Below are positions 40,773 to 50,339 of a stretch of DNA of 52,261 nt, in pieces. Made by a program: the position numbers and the translations under genes. The stretch lies in contig CBFHQN010000001.1 of assembly GCA_965657765.1 (NCBI GenBank), positions 1 to 52,261 of the forward strand, read 5' to 3'. Each line of letters opens with the position of its first letter. Within the stretch, counting starts at the first letter, position 1. The stretch is from Luminiphilus sp. (GTDB lineage Bacteria; Pseudomonadota; Gammaproteobacteria; Pseudomonadales; Halieaceae). The notes under the pieces were generated by a model, which saw only the letters and a list, made by a program, of their open reading frames with translations, did no database searches and had not been told where the DNA came from.

Positions 40773-40815
40773 AATAAATAAATTTTGACAATTTCTGTGT
40801 TTAAATAAAGTGACA
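40773..40815. promoter_or_regulatory. PpsR box(es) upstream of bchI
   Basis: Perfect TGTTTAAATAAAGTGACA (40798-40815); weaker AATAAATAAATTTTGACA 7 bp upstream. Confidence 0.75.
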
Positions 40816-40883
40816 CTAATAAGGCTGATTTAAATCATGCCGATACGCCTGTTTGAAAGCAGGCCCACGTTGGGGGAATTATC

Positions 40884-41900
40884 ATGACCGTAGCGTATCC
40901 CTTCACGGCGATCGTCGGGCAGGATGATATGAAGTTGGCGCTTGCCATTGCAGCGGTAGATCCTAGTATTGGCGGTGTACTCGTATTTGGTGAGCGCGGC
41001 ACCGGCAAGTCGACGACGATTCGTGCACTGGCACAGTTGTTACCCAAAATTTCTGCGGTAAAAAACTGCCCCTATCAGTGCGATCCCGAGGCATCACAGA
41101 AAAACCTCTGCCCCAGCTGTCAAAATGAGGCCAATCCAAAAGCGCACAAAATATCTATTCCCGTGGTAGATCTCCCACTGGGTGCCACAGAGGATCGGGT
41201 ACTAGGCGCGTTAGATATCGAGAAGGCCATTCACAGTGGCGAGAAGGCCTTTCAACCTGGCCTACTCGCAGCGGCCAATCGAGGCTTTTTATATATCGAT
41301 GAAGTGAACTTATTAGAAGACCACATTGTCGATGCCCTTCTCGACGTAGCGGCCTCGGGTGTCAATGTTGTTGAGAGAGAGGGTCTGAGTATTCGCCACC
41401 CCGCGAGATTCGTTCTCGTAGGGAGCGGAAACCCTGAAGAGGGTGAACTGCGCCCGCAGCTTTTGGATCGCTTCGGTCTTTCCCTCGATGTCAGGACCCC
41501 GCGTGACATCCCTACCCGCGTCGAAATCATCAAGCTCCGTGATGCTTTTGATCTCGACCCTGAGGGATTTAACAAGCGATTCTCTCGCAAGGAAGGAGCG
41601 CTTCGACGAAAAATTGATGCTGCGAGAGAGGTGGTTGACAGCGTTGATGTGCCGGCCGAGGTGCTGGAGAAGGCTGCAGAGCTTTGCTTAGCGCTCGGTA
41701 CCGACGGGCTCCGGGGTGAATTGACCCTCATAAGAAGCGCCAGGGCGCTTGCCGCGCTCGAGGGACACAGCGCAGCCGACATAAACCACCTCAAACACGT
41801 CGCCTTATTTGTGTTGCGCCATCGTTTGAGACGCGACCCTATGGATGAGTCTAGTGCAGATGCTCGCGTCGAGCGAACTATCGCAGCCGTCCTCCCCTGA
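40884..41900 (+). CDS. bchI: Magnesium chelatase ATPase subunit I
   Basis: YPFTAIVGQ, GERGTGKS, LPLGATEDR, LYIDEVN, NPEEGELRPQLLDRFG. Confidence 0.97.
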   Translation: MTVAYPFTAIVGQDDMKLALAIAAVDPSIGGVLVFGERGTGKSTTIRALAQLLPKISAVKNCPYQCDPEASQKNLCPSCQNEANPKAHKISIPVVDLPLGATEDRVLGALDIEKAIHSGEKAFQPGLLAAANRGFLYIDEVNLLEDHIVDALLDVAASGVNVVEREGLSIRHPARFVLVGSGNPEEGELRPQLLDRFGLSLDVRTPRDIPTRVEIIKLRDAFDLDPEGFNKRFSRKEGALRRKIDAAREVVDSVDVPAEVLEKAAELCLALGTDGLRGELTLIRSARALAALEGHSAADINHLKHVALFVLRHRLRRDPMDESSADARVERTIAAVLP

Positions 41901-43638
41901 ACTCGAAATCTCGAGTTTATGGCGTGACGCGCAACTTGCAGCAGCCGTTATAGCTGTAACTGGGCATCAGTGCGGTGGCGTGCGCGTATCCGCACAACCA
42001 GGGCCGGTGCGCGATTTTTGGCTCTCGATGCTAGAAGAGCTCCAACAGGCACCCTCTCGAAAGATACCCGCTAACACCCCTACCGATCGCTTGCTCGGCG
42101 GTATGGATATCACCGAGAGCATGCGTCTTGGAAAACCTGTGTTAGCGACAGGCGTTCTTTCTGAATGTCATCAGCGAACCGTTGTAATGCCCATGGCGGA
42201 ACGACTCCCCAAAGAGTATTCAGGCCATTGGTGCGCCGCGCTGGACTCCGGCAAAGTTCATGTTGCAAGAGACGGTCTCACGCATACGACAAATGCTGCC
42301 ATCACGTTGATTGCCTTAGATGAAGGGATTGATGAGGAAGCACCACCGGCGGCATTACTCGAGCGCCTTGCTTTCAACATTCAGCTCGATCCGATATCAA
42401 TTCACGGCGTTGACGACACAGCGTTTAACTCCTCAGATATCAATCGAGTCAAAGATCAGCTTCGCCTGCGCCCCGCTGATGAGCCGATCATAAAGTTGCT
42501 TGCAGGGCTGGCGGCATCGATGGGTGTTCACTCGACACGCTCGCTCCTGTTTTCAGTAACCGCTTGTAGGACAATTGCGCTCCTTCTCGACCTACCTGAA
42601 ACCCATGAAGAGGTTATTGGGTCGGTGATTAGACTAATCCTTCTTCCGCGCGCAACCCAGTTACCACAGCAAGAAGCGCCGGAACCACCCATGGAAGAAC
42701 AGGAACCCGAGACGACGGAGGAAAACGCGTCGCAAAACCAAACGCCCGAGCCCCCTAGGGATACCGAGGAGATGGTTCAAGCTGCTGTCGCAACGCTCCC
42801 CCCCGACATTCTTACCCTGCTGCTAAGTCGCGCAGAACGAAGTCGCCAACGACAAAACAAAGCGGGTAATGCGGGCCACCTATCACAAGACAAACAGCGC
42901 GGTCGGCCCGTTGGCGTGCGCCGCGGCGACATCAAGCGTGGACATCGCGTCGATATTCCCGCGACGTTAAGAACGGCAGCACCTTTCCAAGGTGCGCGCG
43001 CCCGCTGGGATAATTCACGCAAGACCAAGCGTGGTCTTTACATAGAACCTGCAGACATTCGCGTTAAGCGCTTTGAACAGCGGAAATCGAGCGTTATGAT
43101 CTTCGTTGTCGACGCATCGGGGAGCAGTGCTTATCAGCGAATGGCAGAGGCGAAAGGCGCGATTGAACTGATACTTGCAGACTGCTACTCGCATCGCACA
43201 GAGGTCGCTTTGATTGCATTCAAAGGCGAGAGCGCTGACTTACTCCTGCCGCCCACTCGCTCACTGGTCAGAGCCAAACGAACCCTGGCGCAATTGCCAG
43301 GCGGTGGGGGAACACCCATGGGCGCGGCTTTACAAGCCATGCATGACCTTGCCTTATCAGTTGCAGCCTCGGGCGCCACACCGAGTTTTATCTTGCTCAC
43401 CGACGGCGCCGCGAACGTCGCAAGAGATGGAACCAAAAGTCGCAGCGCGGGAACTGAAGATGCCATGAATGCGGCAAAAGCCATTGCGAGCGCCGACTAC
43501 CGGGGCATCCTCGTCGATACAGCAACCCGCCCAAGCCCTCGGGCACGAGAGCTTGCTACGGCACTGGATGCCGTCTACCTACCCCTCCCCAACGCATCGG
43601 CTGAGTCGATTAACGACTCTGTGCGCGCACTGGGCTGA
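41845..43638 (+). CDS. bchD: Magnesium chelatase subunit D
   Basis: Degenerate AAA domain, acidic/Pro linker, vWA MIDAS DASGS, LPPTRS, GGGGTP; exact start uncertain. Confidence 0.93.
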   Translation: MSLVQMLASSELSQPSSPELEISSLWRDAQLAAAVIAVTGHQCGGVRVSAQPGPVRDFWLSMLEELQQAPSRKIPANTPTDRLLGGMDITESMRLGKPVLATGVLSECHQRTVVMPMAERLPKEYSGHWCAALDSGKVHVARDGLTHTTNAAITLIALDEGIDEEAPPAALLERLAFNIQLDPISIHGVDDTAFNSSDINRVKDQLRLRPADEPIIKLLAGLAASMGVHSTRSLLFSVTACRTIALLLDLPETHEEVIGSVIRLILLPRATQLPQQEAPEPPMEEQEPETTEENASQNQTPEPPRDTEEMVQAAVATLPPDILTLLLSRAERSRQRQNKAGNAGHLSQDKQRGRPVGVRRGDIKRGHRVDIPATLRTAAPFQGARARWDNSRKTKRGLYIEPADIRVKRFEQRKSSVMIFVVDASGSSAYQRMAEAKGAIELILADCYSHRTEVALIAFKGESADLLLPPTRSLVRAKRTLAQLPGGGGTPMGAALQAMHDLALSVAASGATPSFILLTDGAANVARDGTKSRSAGTEDAMNAAKAIASADYRGILVDTATRPSPRARELATALDAVYLPLPNASAESINDSVRALG

Positions 43639-43651
43639 TAGGGGGCCCAAG

Positions 43652-44515
43652 TTGAAGCCCGCTGACATGCCAACAGATTGGCCTTTGCGAGAGGCTAGCC
43701 AATTCGTAGAGCTGGAGAACGTGCAATGGCACTACCAAATGCTTGGCGCAGGACCTACGGTCCTACTTCTCCATGGCACAGGTGCCTCAACACACTCTGT
43801 AGCAGATCTTGCAGTCGCCTTGAGCAAAAATTTCACATGCTTGTTAGTCGATCTTCCGGGCCATGCCTTCACCTCCCCGCTTGAAGAGCGAGAGCACCTG
43901 TTACCTGCCATGGCGGGGGCTGTGAACGACCTCTGTCATAAACTCAATATCGCACCCAGTTACATCATTGGCCATTCTGCAGGGGGCGCTGTCGCTATTC
44001 GGATGTGTCTAGATACAGATGCGTCACCAAAGGCGGTACTCTCCATCAACGGCGCACTGCTACCTTTTGGTGCATTTATCGAACCGATCATGCTCAAGAC
44101 AGCGCGACTCCTTAGCCGGTCTAATTCGGTCACTAATTTTCTCGCTCGTCGCGGTACGGGAACTGCGGATGTCCGGAAGGCCCTCAGAGATACGGGGGCC
44201 CAGATATCAGAGCCCATGATTGAGCGATATTCCTTTTTGATATCCCACAAGACCCACATCGAGGGCGCGCTCCGTATGATGGGCGGATGGGAACTCGGGC
44301 AACTCGCAAAAGATCTACCCAGGCTAACAACACCCATTCATCTCATTGGTTGCGATAAAGACCATATTGTTCCCGCGGTGCGGGCACATCGAGTTAAACG
44401 AATGATCCCCGGTGCTACGGCCGAAACCCTCGAAGATGCGGGACATTTGGTCCATGAAGCAGCCGCTGAGCGGGTTTTTGAGGTCTTTATGCGGCTGGCA
44501 GCTAAATACAATTAA
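43652..44515 (+). CDS. bchO: BchO alpha/beta hydrolase (Mg-chelatase-associated)
   Basis: DWPLRE, LLHGTGASTHS, DLPGH, GHSAG, GHLVHE; follows bchD; start 43652 (TTG) or 43667 (ATG). Confidence 0.88.
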   Translation: MKPADMPTDWPLREASQFVELENVQWHYQMLGAGPTVLLLHGTGASTHSVADLAVALSKNFTCLLVDLPGHAFTSPLEEREHLLPAMAGAVNDLCHKLNIAPSYIIGHSAGGAVAIRMCLDTDASPKAVLSINGALLPFGAFIEPIMLKTARLLSRSNSVTNFLARRGTGTADVRKALRDTGAQISEPMIERYSFLISHKTHIEGALRMMGGWELGQLAKDLPRLTTPIHLIGCDKDHIVPAVRAHRVKRMIPGATAETLEDAGHLVHEAAAERVFEVFMRLAAKYN

Positions 44516-44546
44516 CGGGTGTGCAACACGAAAACCGGTGTTAGAC

Positions 44547-44589
44547 TGTCTAAATTAATTGACAAAATTGGCGTAATTATAAATGAACA
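44547..44589. promoter_or_regulatory. Tandem PpsR boxes at crtI
   Basis: TGTCTAAATTAATTGACA (44547-44564)-N7-CGTAATTATAAATGAACA (44572-44589, covers the crtI ATG). Confidence 0.85.
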
Positions 44590-46109
44590 CAGCGCATCCG
44601 GATTTTGATCAGCTTCATCATGCCAACCCAGATGAGCGCGCCATTGTCATTGGCAGCGGCTTCGGCGGATTAGCCTCAGCCATACGCCTCGCTGCCAAGG
44701 GATACCACGTCACGGTACTCGAAAAACTCGACGCACTTGGCGGCCGTGGATACACCTATCGGCAAGACGGGTTTACGTTCGACGGCGGACCAACCATTGT
44801 CACTGTCCCAGAGCTTTTTGAAGAGCTTTGGGCACTTTGCGGCAAAACCATGAGCGACGACGTTGATCTGCGATTGATGGATCCGTTTTATCGTATACGT
44901 TTTGACGATGGTCGTATTTTCGACTATTCCAGCGAAAAGTCCGAAAATCTTCGTCAAATAAACGACTACAACCCTGCCGATGCACAGGGCTATGAGCGCT
45001 ATCTCAAGGCAAGCGAAGCCCGCCACAAGGTAGGCTTTGCCCTACTCGACAAGCCGTTTAGCACCTTTGCCCAGCTGATGCGCTTTGCACCCGATCTCGT
45101 GCGACTCCGCGGTGACCAAAGCGTTTACACCCTGGTTTCGAAATATATTAAAAATGAGCAACTCCGTCAGGCGGTTAGTTTCCATCCCCTGTTGATTGGT
45201 GGCAACCCCTATACAGCCAGCAGCCTATACTCGCTTATCTCACACCTTGAGGTGACCGGCGGGGTTTGGTCGGCAATGGGCGGTACGGGAAGAATCGTTG
45301 AGGCGCTCGGCGCGCTAATACGAGGGCAAGGGAGTGATATCCGCCTCAACGCCGAGGTCGATCAAATAACGACCTCGAGCGGCAAGGTAACAGGGGTCCG
45401 ACTTAAATCAGGAGAGCACATAGCAGCGAACTTAGTGGTATCGAATGCGGACTCAGCCTGGACCTACAAATACCTGCTCTCGGAAACGGTGAAGCGCAAG
45501 TGGACTGAGCGCCGTATCGACAAGGCACACTACTCAAATGGCCTGTTCGTCTGGTATTTCGGCACCAAAAAGCAGTATCCGGACATTCCCCATCACTCAA
45601 TTATTCTTGGGCCACGGTACAAGGGGCTCTTGACGGATATCTTCAAGCACAAAAAGCCAACCAAAGATTTCAGCTTGTATCTGCACCGACCTACGGCTAC
45701 CGACCCGTCAATGGCGCCAGAGGGCTGCGACACATTCTATGCGCTCGTTCCTGTACCCCATCTCGATTCTGGCACTGACTGGACGACCCATGCAGAAGTC
45801 TTCAGGAAGGCTGTCGAGGAACGACTTGAGGAGACTGGCCTCCCTGGTCTAGGAGAAAATCTAGCGACCTCGTTAATGCTCACCCCTCTCGACTTCCAGA
45901 ACCGGCTCAACTCGGTGAAGGGCGCAGGCTTCTCTTTGGAACCTCGCATCACCCAGAGCGCCTACTTCAGGCCTCATAACAAGAGCGAAGAGGTCGATGG
46001 CCTTTATTTAGTGGGCGCAGGCACCCATCCCGGAGCTGGCATGCCCGCCGTTTTGTCATCGGCAAAGGTTATCGACAGCCTGATCCCCTCGGTAACTTAT
46101 GTCAGTTAA
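44583..46109 (+). CDS. crtI: Phytoene desaturase
   Basis: IGSGFGG, FDGGPT, FHPLLIGGNP, FSLYLHRP, VGAGTHPGAG. Confidence 0.96.
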   Translation: MNTAHPDFDQLHHANPDERAIVIGSGFGGLASAIRLAAKGYHVTVLEKLDALGGRGYTYRQDGFTFDGGPTIVTVPELFEELWALCGKTMSDDVDLRLMDPFYRIRFDDGRIFDYSSEKSENLRQINDYNPADAQGYERYLKASEARHKVGFALLDKPFSTFAQLMRFAPDLVRLRGDQSVYTLVSKYIKNEQLRQAVSFHPLLIGGNPYTASSLYSLISHLEVTGGVWSAMGGTGRIVEALGALIRGQGSDIRLNAEVDQITTSSGKVTGVRLKSGEHIAANLVVSNADSAWTYKYLLSETVKRKWTERRIDKAHYSNGLFVWYFGTKKQYPDIPHHSIILGPRYKGLLTDIFKHKKPTKDFSLYLHRPTATDPSMAPEGCDTFYALVPVPHLDSGTDWTTHAEVFRKAVEERLEETGLPGLGENLATSLMLTPLDFQNRLNSVKGAGFSLEPRITQSAYFRPHNKSEEVDGLYLVGAGTHPGAGMPAVLSSAKVIDSLIPSVTYVS

Positions 46110-47151
46110 TCGTTTTCTACCGACGCCCAGTACGGATATGGGTCTTTGTAAGCAACAGCTATCAAACGGCTCGCGTTCGTTTTATTTCGCGTCTCATTTG
46201 CTTCCCTCGGTGATGCAGCACGCAGCATGCGGACTCTATGCTTTTTGCCGGGAAGCGGACGATCTCGTCGACGAAGGTGACGATCCAAAAGCTGCGCTCG
46301 AATTACTTCACCAAAGACTCGATAAGATCTACGAGGCGAAACCCGAGTACCGACACACTGACCGTGTACTTACCCAAATCGTGCACACCTATCACATGCC
46401 TCGAGGGCTATTAAACGCCCTTCTTGAGGGCTTTGCTTGGGATGCAGAGGGCAAGATCTATTACACAATAGATGATGTTTATGACTACAGTGCCCGCGTC
46501 GCGGGGGCTGTAGGTGTCATGATGTCAGTGCTTATGGGCGTGCGCGACCCAAAGACTTTGGCGCGCGCCGCGGACCTGGGCACAGCAATGCAACTCACAA
46601 ATATCGCAAGAGATGTAGGCGAAGATGCGCGCCTCGGGCGAATTTATTTGCCACTCGACGAGCTTAGAGCGGAAGGTGTGAACCCTGAAGCACTACTAGC
46701 AACGCACCAATTCAGTGAAGGAATTGGCGTCGTGACTCAGCGCCTTCTCGAGCGAGCCAAATGGCTTTATCAACGGGCAGACAATGGCATTGCGCAACTA
46801 CCGCGTAAGTACCAACCCGGCATTAGAGCGGCACGAAAGCTTTACGCAGCTATTGGCGATAAAGTGGGCGAGATCGGCTACAACTCGGTCGATCAGCGCG
46901 CAATTGTTGCGACGGGCAGGAAGTTTGGGCTGCTATCAAGTGCGATTGCATTTGCTCAGCCACGAAGCGAAGGCATGGATACTCCCGCCCTGCCGCAAAA
47001 TCAATTTCTGATTGATGCTGTCGTTGAGACAGGGGTCACAGCGCCGTCTGTGAAGTCAGATCCCTTCAAAGTGCGGACGCTCTGGATGCTAGATCTATTT
47101 GAGACCCTTAGAGAACGGGATCGTAACGCGCGAATCGCCCGTCTTCGATAA
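46099..47151 (+). CDS. crtB: Phytoene synthase
   Basis: GSRSF, YAFCREADDLVD, LGTAMQLTNIARDVGED, GRIYLP. Confidence 0.96.
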   Translation: MSVNRFLPTPSTDMGLCKQQLSNGSRSFYFASHLLPSVMQHAACGLYAFCREADDLVDEGDDPKAALELLHQRLDKIYEAKPEYRHTDRVLTQIVHTYHMPRGLLNALLEGFAWDAEGKIYYTIDDVYDYSARVAGAVGVMMSVLMGVRDPKTLARAADLGTAMQLTNIARDVGEDARLGRIYLPLDELRAEGVNPEALLATHQFSEGIGVVTQRLLERAKWLYQRADNGIAQLPRKYQPGIRAARKLYAAIGDKVGEIGYNSVDQRAIVATGRKFGLLSSAIAFAQPRSEGMDTPALPQNQFLIDAVVETGVTAPSVKSDPFKVRTLWMLDLFETLRERDRNARIARLR

Positions 47152-48099
47152 GCCGTAAAAAATCTTACGCATACGGAAGGGCAGTAAGCGCTGGACCCAA
47201 AAAGAAGCAAACCGATCTAGATCCAAACTTTCGTGCATCACGCTATTTCCCGACGCATCATTAAGATGACTCCGGGTATAGAACGGTGTGTCTTCAAGCG
47301 TTTTTAGTACCGTAAACCCTTGATGACTTCTCGCTGGACGTTTTACGCGCCAAATAGGTCCAGTACTGAGATCTCGGCGCGGCGCAGAGTGCTCGGAAGC
47401 CATGCCATCCTTACCATTACCGAATAGGGTCATCAGGCAACTCTCACCATCTCGGGCGTGTGCCTCGTAGACAATGCGGCAATTGGCGCCAAGATCTGCA
47501 CGAGACCAATGCCAATTACTAAACGTTTCCTCTAATGGCACCGTGCCACCATTGGTATCCATATAGGCCCCACCAGACCAGCGCACATTTGGCGCCTCCA
47601 ACTCCACATCGACTCTCGTCGCTGGAGCGATCGGCCACCACCGATGCTCACCTGCTGAGTGAAGGCGAAAACACTTATCTGTCCTCTCCTGTAAATCGAC
47701 ACGGACTTTGCCGCGAATTGGACGCCGCATCGGCGCTGAGCGCTCATCAATCGTGACATTTAGATAACGCCCATCAAAGCTCATCGATGACGGCCCAATC
47801 ATGATGGCGTTGGATGATGTTTGTAGGTCGCGCATGCGCCGTTCCGTCATTGCCCAATATTTGCGCTTAGGCTCGTAGAACACCGCATTCACGCAAACGA
47901 ACTCAAGAGGATCTGCATCACCGCGCTTTCGCGCAGACGCGTAAAAAGGTGAAAACACCGTGCCGATGAAGAAAATCAGCGTAACGCCGTGCTGCCCACA
48001 ATCACTGAACCCATCGACATACCACCATCGGTAGCCGTTTTTAACGACCGGAAAATCAAAACCTAAACCTTCCGTATTTGCTAGTGGTCTCTGCTCCAT
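47095..48099 (-). CDS. crtC: Acyclic carotenoid 1,2-hydratase
   Basis: GYRWWYVD, FIGTVFSPFY, WAMTER, HRWWPIAP, LEDTPFYTRS, HESLDLDRF. Confidence 0.93.
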   Translation of the reverse strand: MEQRPLANTEGLGFDFPVVKNGYRWWYVDGFSDCGQHGVTLIFFIGTVFSPFYASARKRGDADPLEFVCVNAVFYEPKRKYWAMTERRMRDLQTSSNAIMIGPSSMSFDGRYLNVTIDERSAPMRRPIRGKVRVDLQERTDKCFRLHSAGEHRWWPIAPATRVDVELEAPNVRWSGGAYMDTNGGTVPLEETFSNWHWSRADLGANCRIVYEAHARDGESCLMTLFGNGKDGMASEHSAPRRDLSTGPIWRVKRPARSHQGFTVLKTLEDTPFYTRSHLNDASGNSVMHESLDLDRFASFWVQRLLPFRMRKIFYGLSKTGDSRVTIPFSKGLK

Positions 48100-48148
48100 T
48101 ATTTATCTCTCGCTCGTCGCTTGCAGGGCCTGCAAGATCGGCGTAATG

Positions 48149-48191
48149 TGTAAATTAATATAGACAGTATAAATGTACAATTAAAATAACA
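48149..48191. promoter_or_regulatory. Tandem PpsR boxes in the crtC/crtE divergent promoter
   Basis: TGTAAATTAATATAGACA (48149-48166)-N7-TGTACAATTAAAATAACA (48174-48191); both perfect. Confidence 0.92.
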
Positions 48192-48212
48192 CTCACCCGC
48201 GGGGTATTGGCC

Positions 48213-49091
48213 ATGGACAACGCATTACTTGATTGCGAACAGCACATAGAAGAGGCAATGGCAGAACACGCCACCGCTCAATGCCCGCCTTTACTGGCTC
48301 AAGCACTGAACTATTCAGTGTTTCCAGGCGGCGCTCGAGTGAGACCACAACTGTGTAAGGCCGTCGCTCTGGCCAACAACTCAAGCGATGTAGGTCTAGC
48401 AAATGCGGCGGCGACAGCCGTGGAGCTTTTACATTGCGCATCGCTTGTACACGATGATCTCCCTTGTTTTGACGACGCCACCCAGCGACGGGGTAAACCC
48501 TCAGTACATGCAAAGTTTGGCGAGCGCATTGCGGTACTAACGGGAGATGCACTCATTGTCGCAGCGTTCCAAACACTGGCCGCGCATGCCGTGCACGCCG
48601 TACGGATAGAGCGCGTACCGCTTGTCACAACGATTGTAGCTAGGGGTGTCGGCGCTCCGCACGGAATCTGCGCGGGGCAAGCCTGGGAGTGCGAACAGCG
48701 GGTCGACCTCTCCCGCTATCATCGCGCAAAAACAGGCGCTTTGTTTGTTGCAGCAACGTGCGCCGGTGCGGCTTCCGCTGGTGTTGATCCCGGTCCTTGG
48801 GTCAATCTGGGCGCCAGTATCGGCGAGGCCTACCAGATTGCAGACGATATAAAAGACGCCGTTTCTGACCCTGAAACACTCGGCAAACCCGTAGGCATCG
48901 ATGTCAAACTCGATCGCCCTAGTGCTGTACGCGAGCTCGGTCTTGAAGGCGCCGTTAGCCGGCTGAAGGAATGCCTAGAATCAGGCCTCGACAGCATGCC
49001 CTCATGTGCTGGGCAAAATATGCTCTACAAATTGGTGCGAGCCCAGTCGAGTCGGTTTATTCCTGCAAAGCTTGGCCAAGTGGCGGCCTAA
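48213..49091 (+). CDS. crtE: Geranylgeranyl diphosphate synthase
   Basis: GGARVRP, SLVHDDLPCFD, RRGKP, YQIADD. Confidence 0.95.
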   Translation: MDNALLDCEQHIEEAMAEHATAQCPPLLAQALNYSVFPGGARVRPQLCKAVALANNSSDVGLANAAATAVELLHCASLVHDDLPCFDDATQRRGKPSVHAKFGERIAVLTGDALIVAAFQTLAAHAVHAVRIERVPLVTTIVARGVGAPHGICAGQAWECEQRVDLSRYHRAKTGALFVAATCAGAASAGVDPGPWVNLGASIGEAYQIADDIKDAVSDPETLGKPVGIDVKLDRPSAVRELGLEGAVSRLKECLESGLDSMPSCAGQNMLYKLVRAQSSRFIPAKLGQVAA

Positions 49092-50245
49092 TGCCCTCGC
49101 GATCGGCGACAAGTCAAAATTTTGAAGTCAGTAGCGAGAAGCCAAAGGGTCGATACGCGCGGTTTCTGCTGTGGCGTAATCGATTATTGAGAAGCGCAAC
49201 CTTCCAAAAATGGGCGGCCAGATTGCCGATTAGTCAGTCGATTGCACGGCAACGCGCTACCGATCTACACCATATCCTCGCTGGCTTCGTGTATTCCCAA
49301 ACATTAAGTGCATCTTACAAATTGGGACTTCTCGAGTGCCTTAAAGATCGGATTGCCACCTTGGCTGAAATCGCCGATCACTGCGACCTGGAAAAGGACG
49401 CTGCGCTCACCCTAGTCAATGCCGCAACGGCTATCGACCTGTTACAACAAGCCAGTGATACCCATTGGACGCTCGGCGAACTTGGCGCCTCAATACATGG
49501 GAATCCGGGTGTGCAGAGTATGCTGCGCCATCACGACTTGCTTTATCAGGACATGTCGGATCCTGCGCAACTACTGCGCCAAAGAGAGCATGCATCTTTA
49601 AGAGGTTACTGGCCTTACGTCGACGGCGATCACAGCGATCCAGCTGCGGCAGCAAGATACAGTGAACTCATGGCTGATTCGCAACACTTAATCGCGAATC
49701 ACATTCTTGACGCCATCAACTTATCAGGTGCAAAACGCCTACTTGATGTCGGCGGCGGCACAGGAACATTCGCCAGGTTAGCCGCTGAGCGGTTTGCCGA
49801 TACAGAGACCGCAGTTTTCGATCTACCCCAAGTTGTCGCATCGATACCACCAAAATACAGCCATTCCTTAAAAAGCTATGCGGGCGATATGTTTCGCGAT
49901 GGATTACCAACGGATTTCGACGCTATCAGTCTCGTGAGAATTCTGCATGACCACGATGACGCACCCGTCGAACAGCTGCTGTCACGATGCTTCGATGCAC
50001 TGCCCAGCGGTGGGCAGCTAATCATTGCCGAACCTATGGCAGGAACAAAAAGTGCCGAATCGATTGGACACACCTATTTCGGGTTCTACCTGTGGGCAAT
50101 GGGAAGCGGCCGTCCAAGAACAAAATCTGAGTTAACACACATGCTAAAGCGCGCTGGATTCAGCGGAATACGCGAAAGGAAGACGCATATCCCGGCGCTT
50201 GTTCGAGTAATTACCGCAAAAAAATCAAATGTCATTTTTTATTGA
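49091..50245 (+). CDS. crtF: Hydroxyneurosporene/demethylspheroidene O-methyltransferase
   Basis: LLDVGGGTG, VRILHDHDD, AEPMAG, YFGFYLWAMGSGRPR; TAATG coupling to crtE. Confidence 0.93.
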   Translation: MPSRSATSQNFEVSSEKPKGRYARFLLWRNRLLRSATFQKWAARLPISQSIARQRATDLHHILAGFVYSQTLSASYKLGLLECLKDRIATLAEIADHCDLEKDAALTLVNAATAIDLLQQASDTHWTLGELGASIHGNPGVQSMLRHHDLLYQDMSDPAQLLRQREHASLRGYWPYVDGDHSDPAAAARYSELMADSQHLIANHILDAINLSGAKRLLDVGGGTGTFARLAAERFADTETAVFDLPQVVASIPPKYSHSLKSYAGDMFRDGLPTDFDAISLVRILHDHDDAPVEQLLSRCFDALPSGGQLIIAEPMAGTKSAESIGHTYFGFYLWAMGSGRPRTKSELTHMLKRAGFSGIRERKTHIPALVRVITAKKSNVIFY

Positions 50246-50298
50246 CACTTTTATGTGTACTATTAAACTGACATTAATGATGTAACTGTTTTTTGACA
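50230..50298. promoter_or_regulatory. Three perfect tandem PpsR boxes upstream of bchC
   Basis: TGT-N12-ACA at 50230-50247, 50256-50273 and 50281-50298; spacers 8 and 7 bp. Confidence 0.93.
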
Positions 50299-50339
50299 GA
50301 CACAGTACGCACTCGACTGGAAATGAGGCCATTGAAACC

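Noticed and set aside
42660-42770. Glu/Pro/Gln-rich low-complexity stretch in bchD
   Set aside because: This is the normal acidic proline-rich linker of BchD/ChlD
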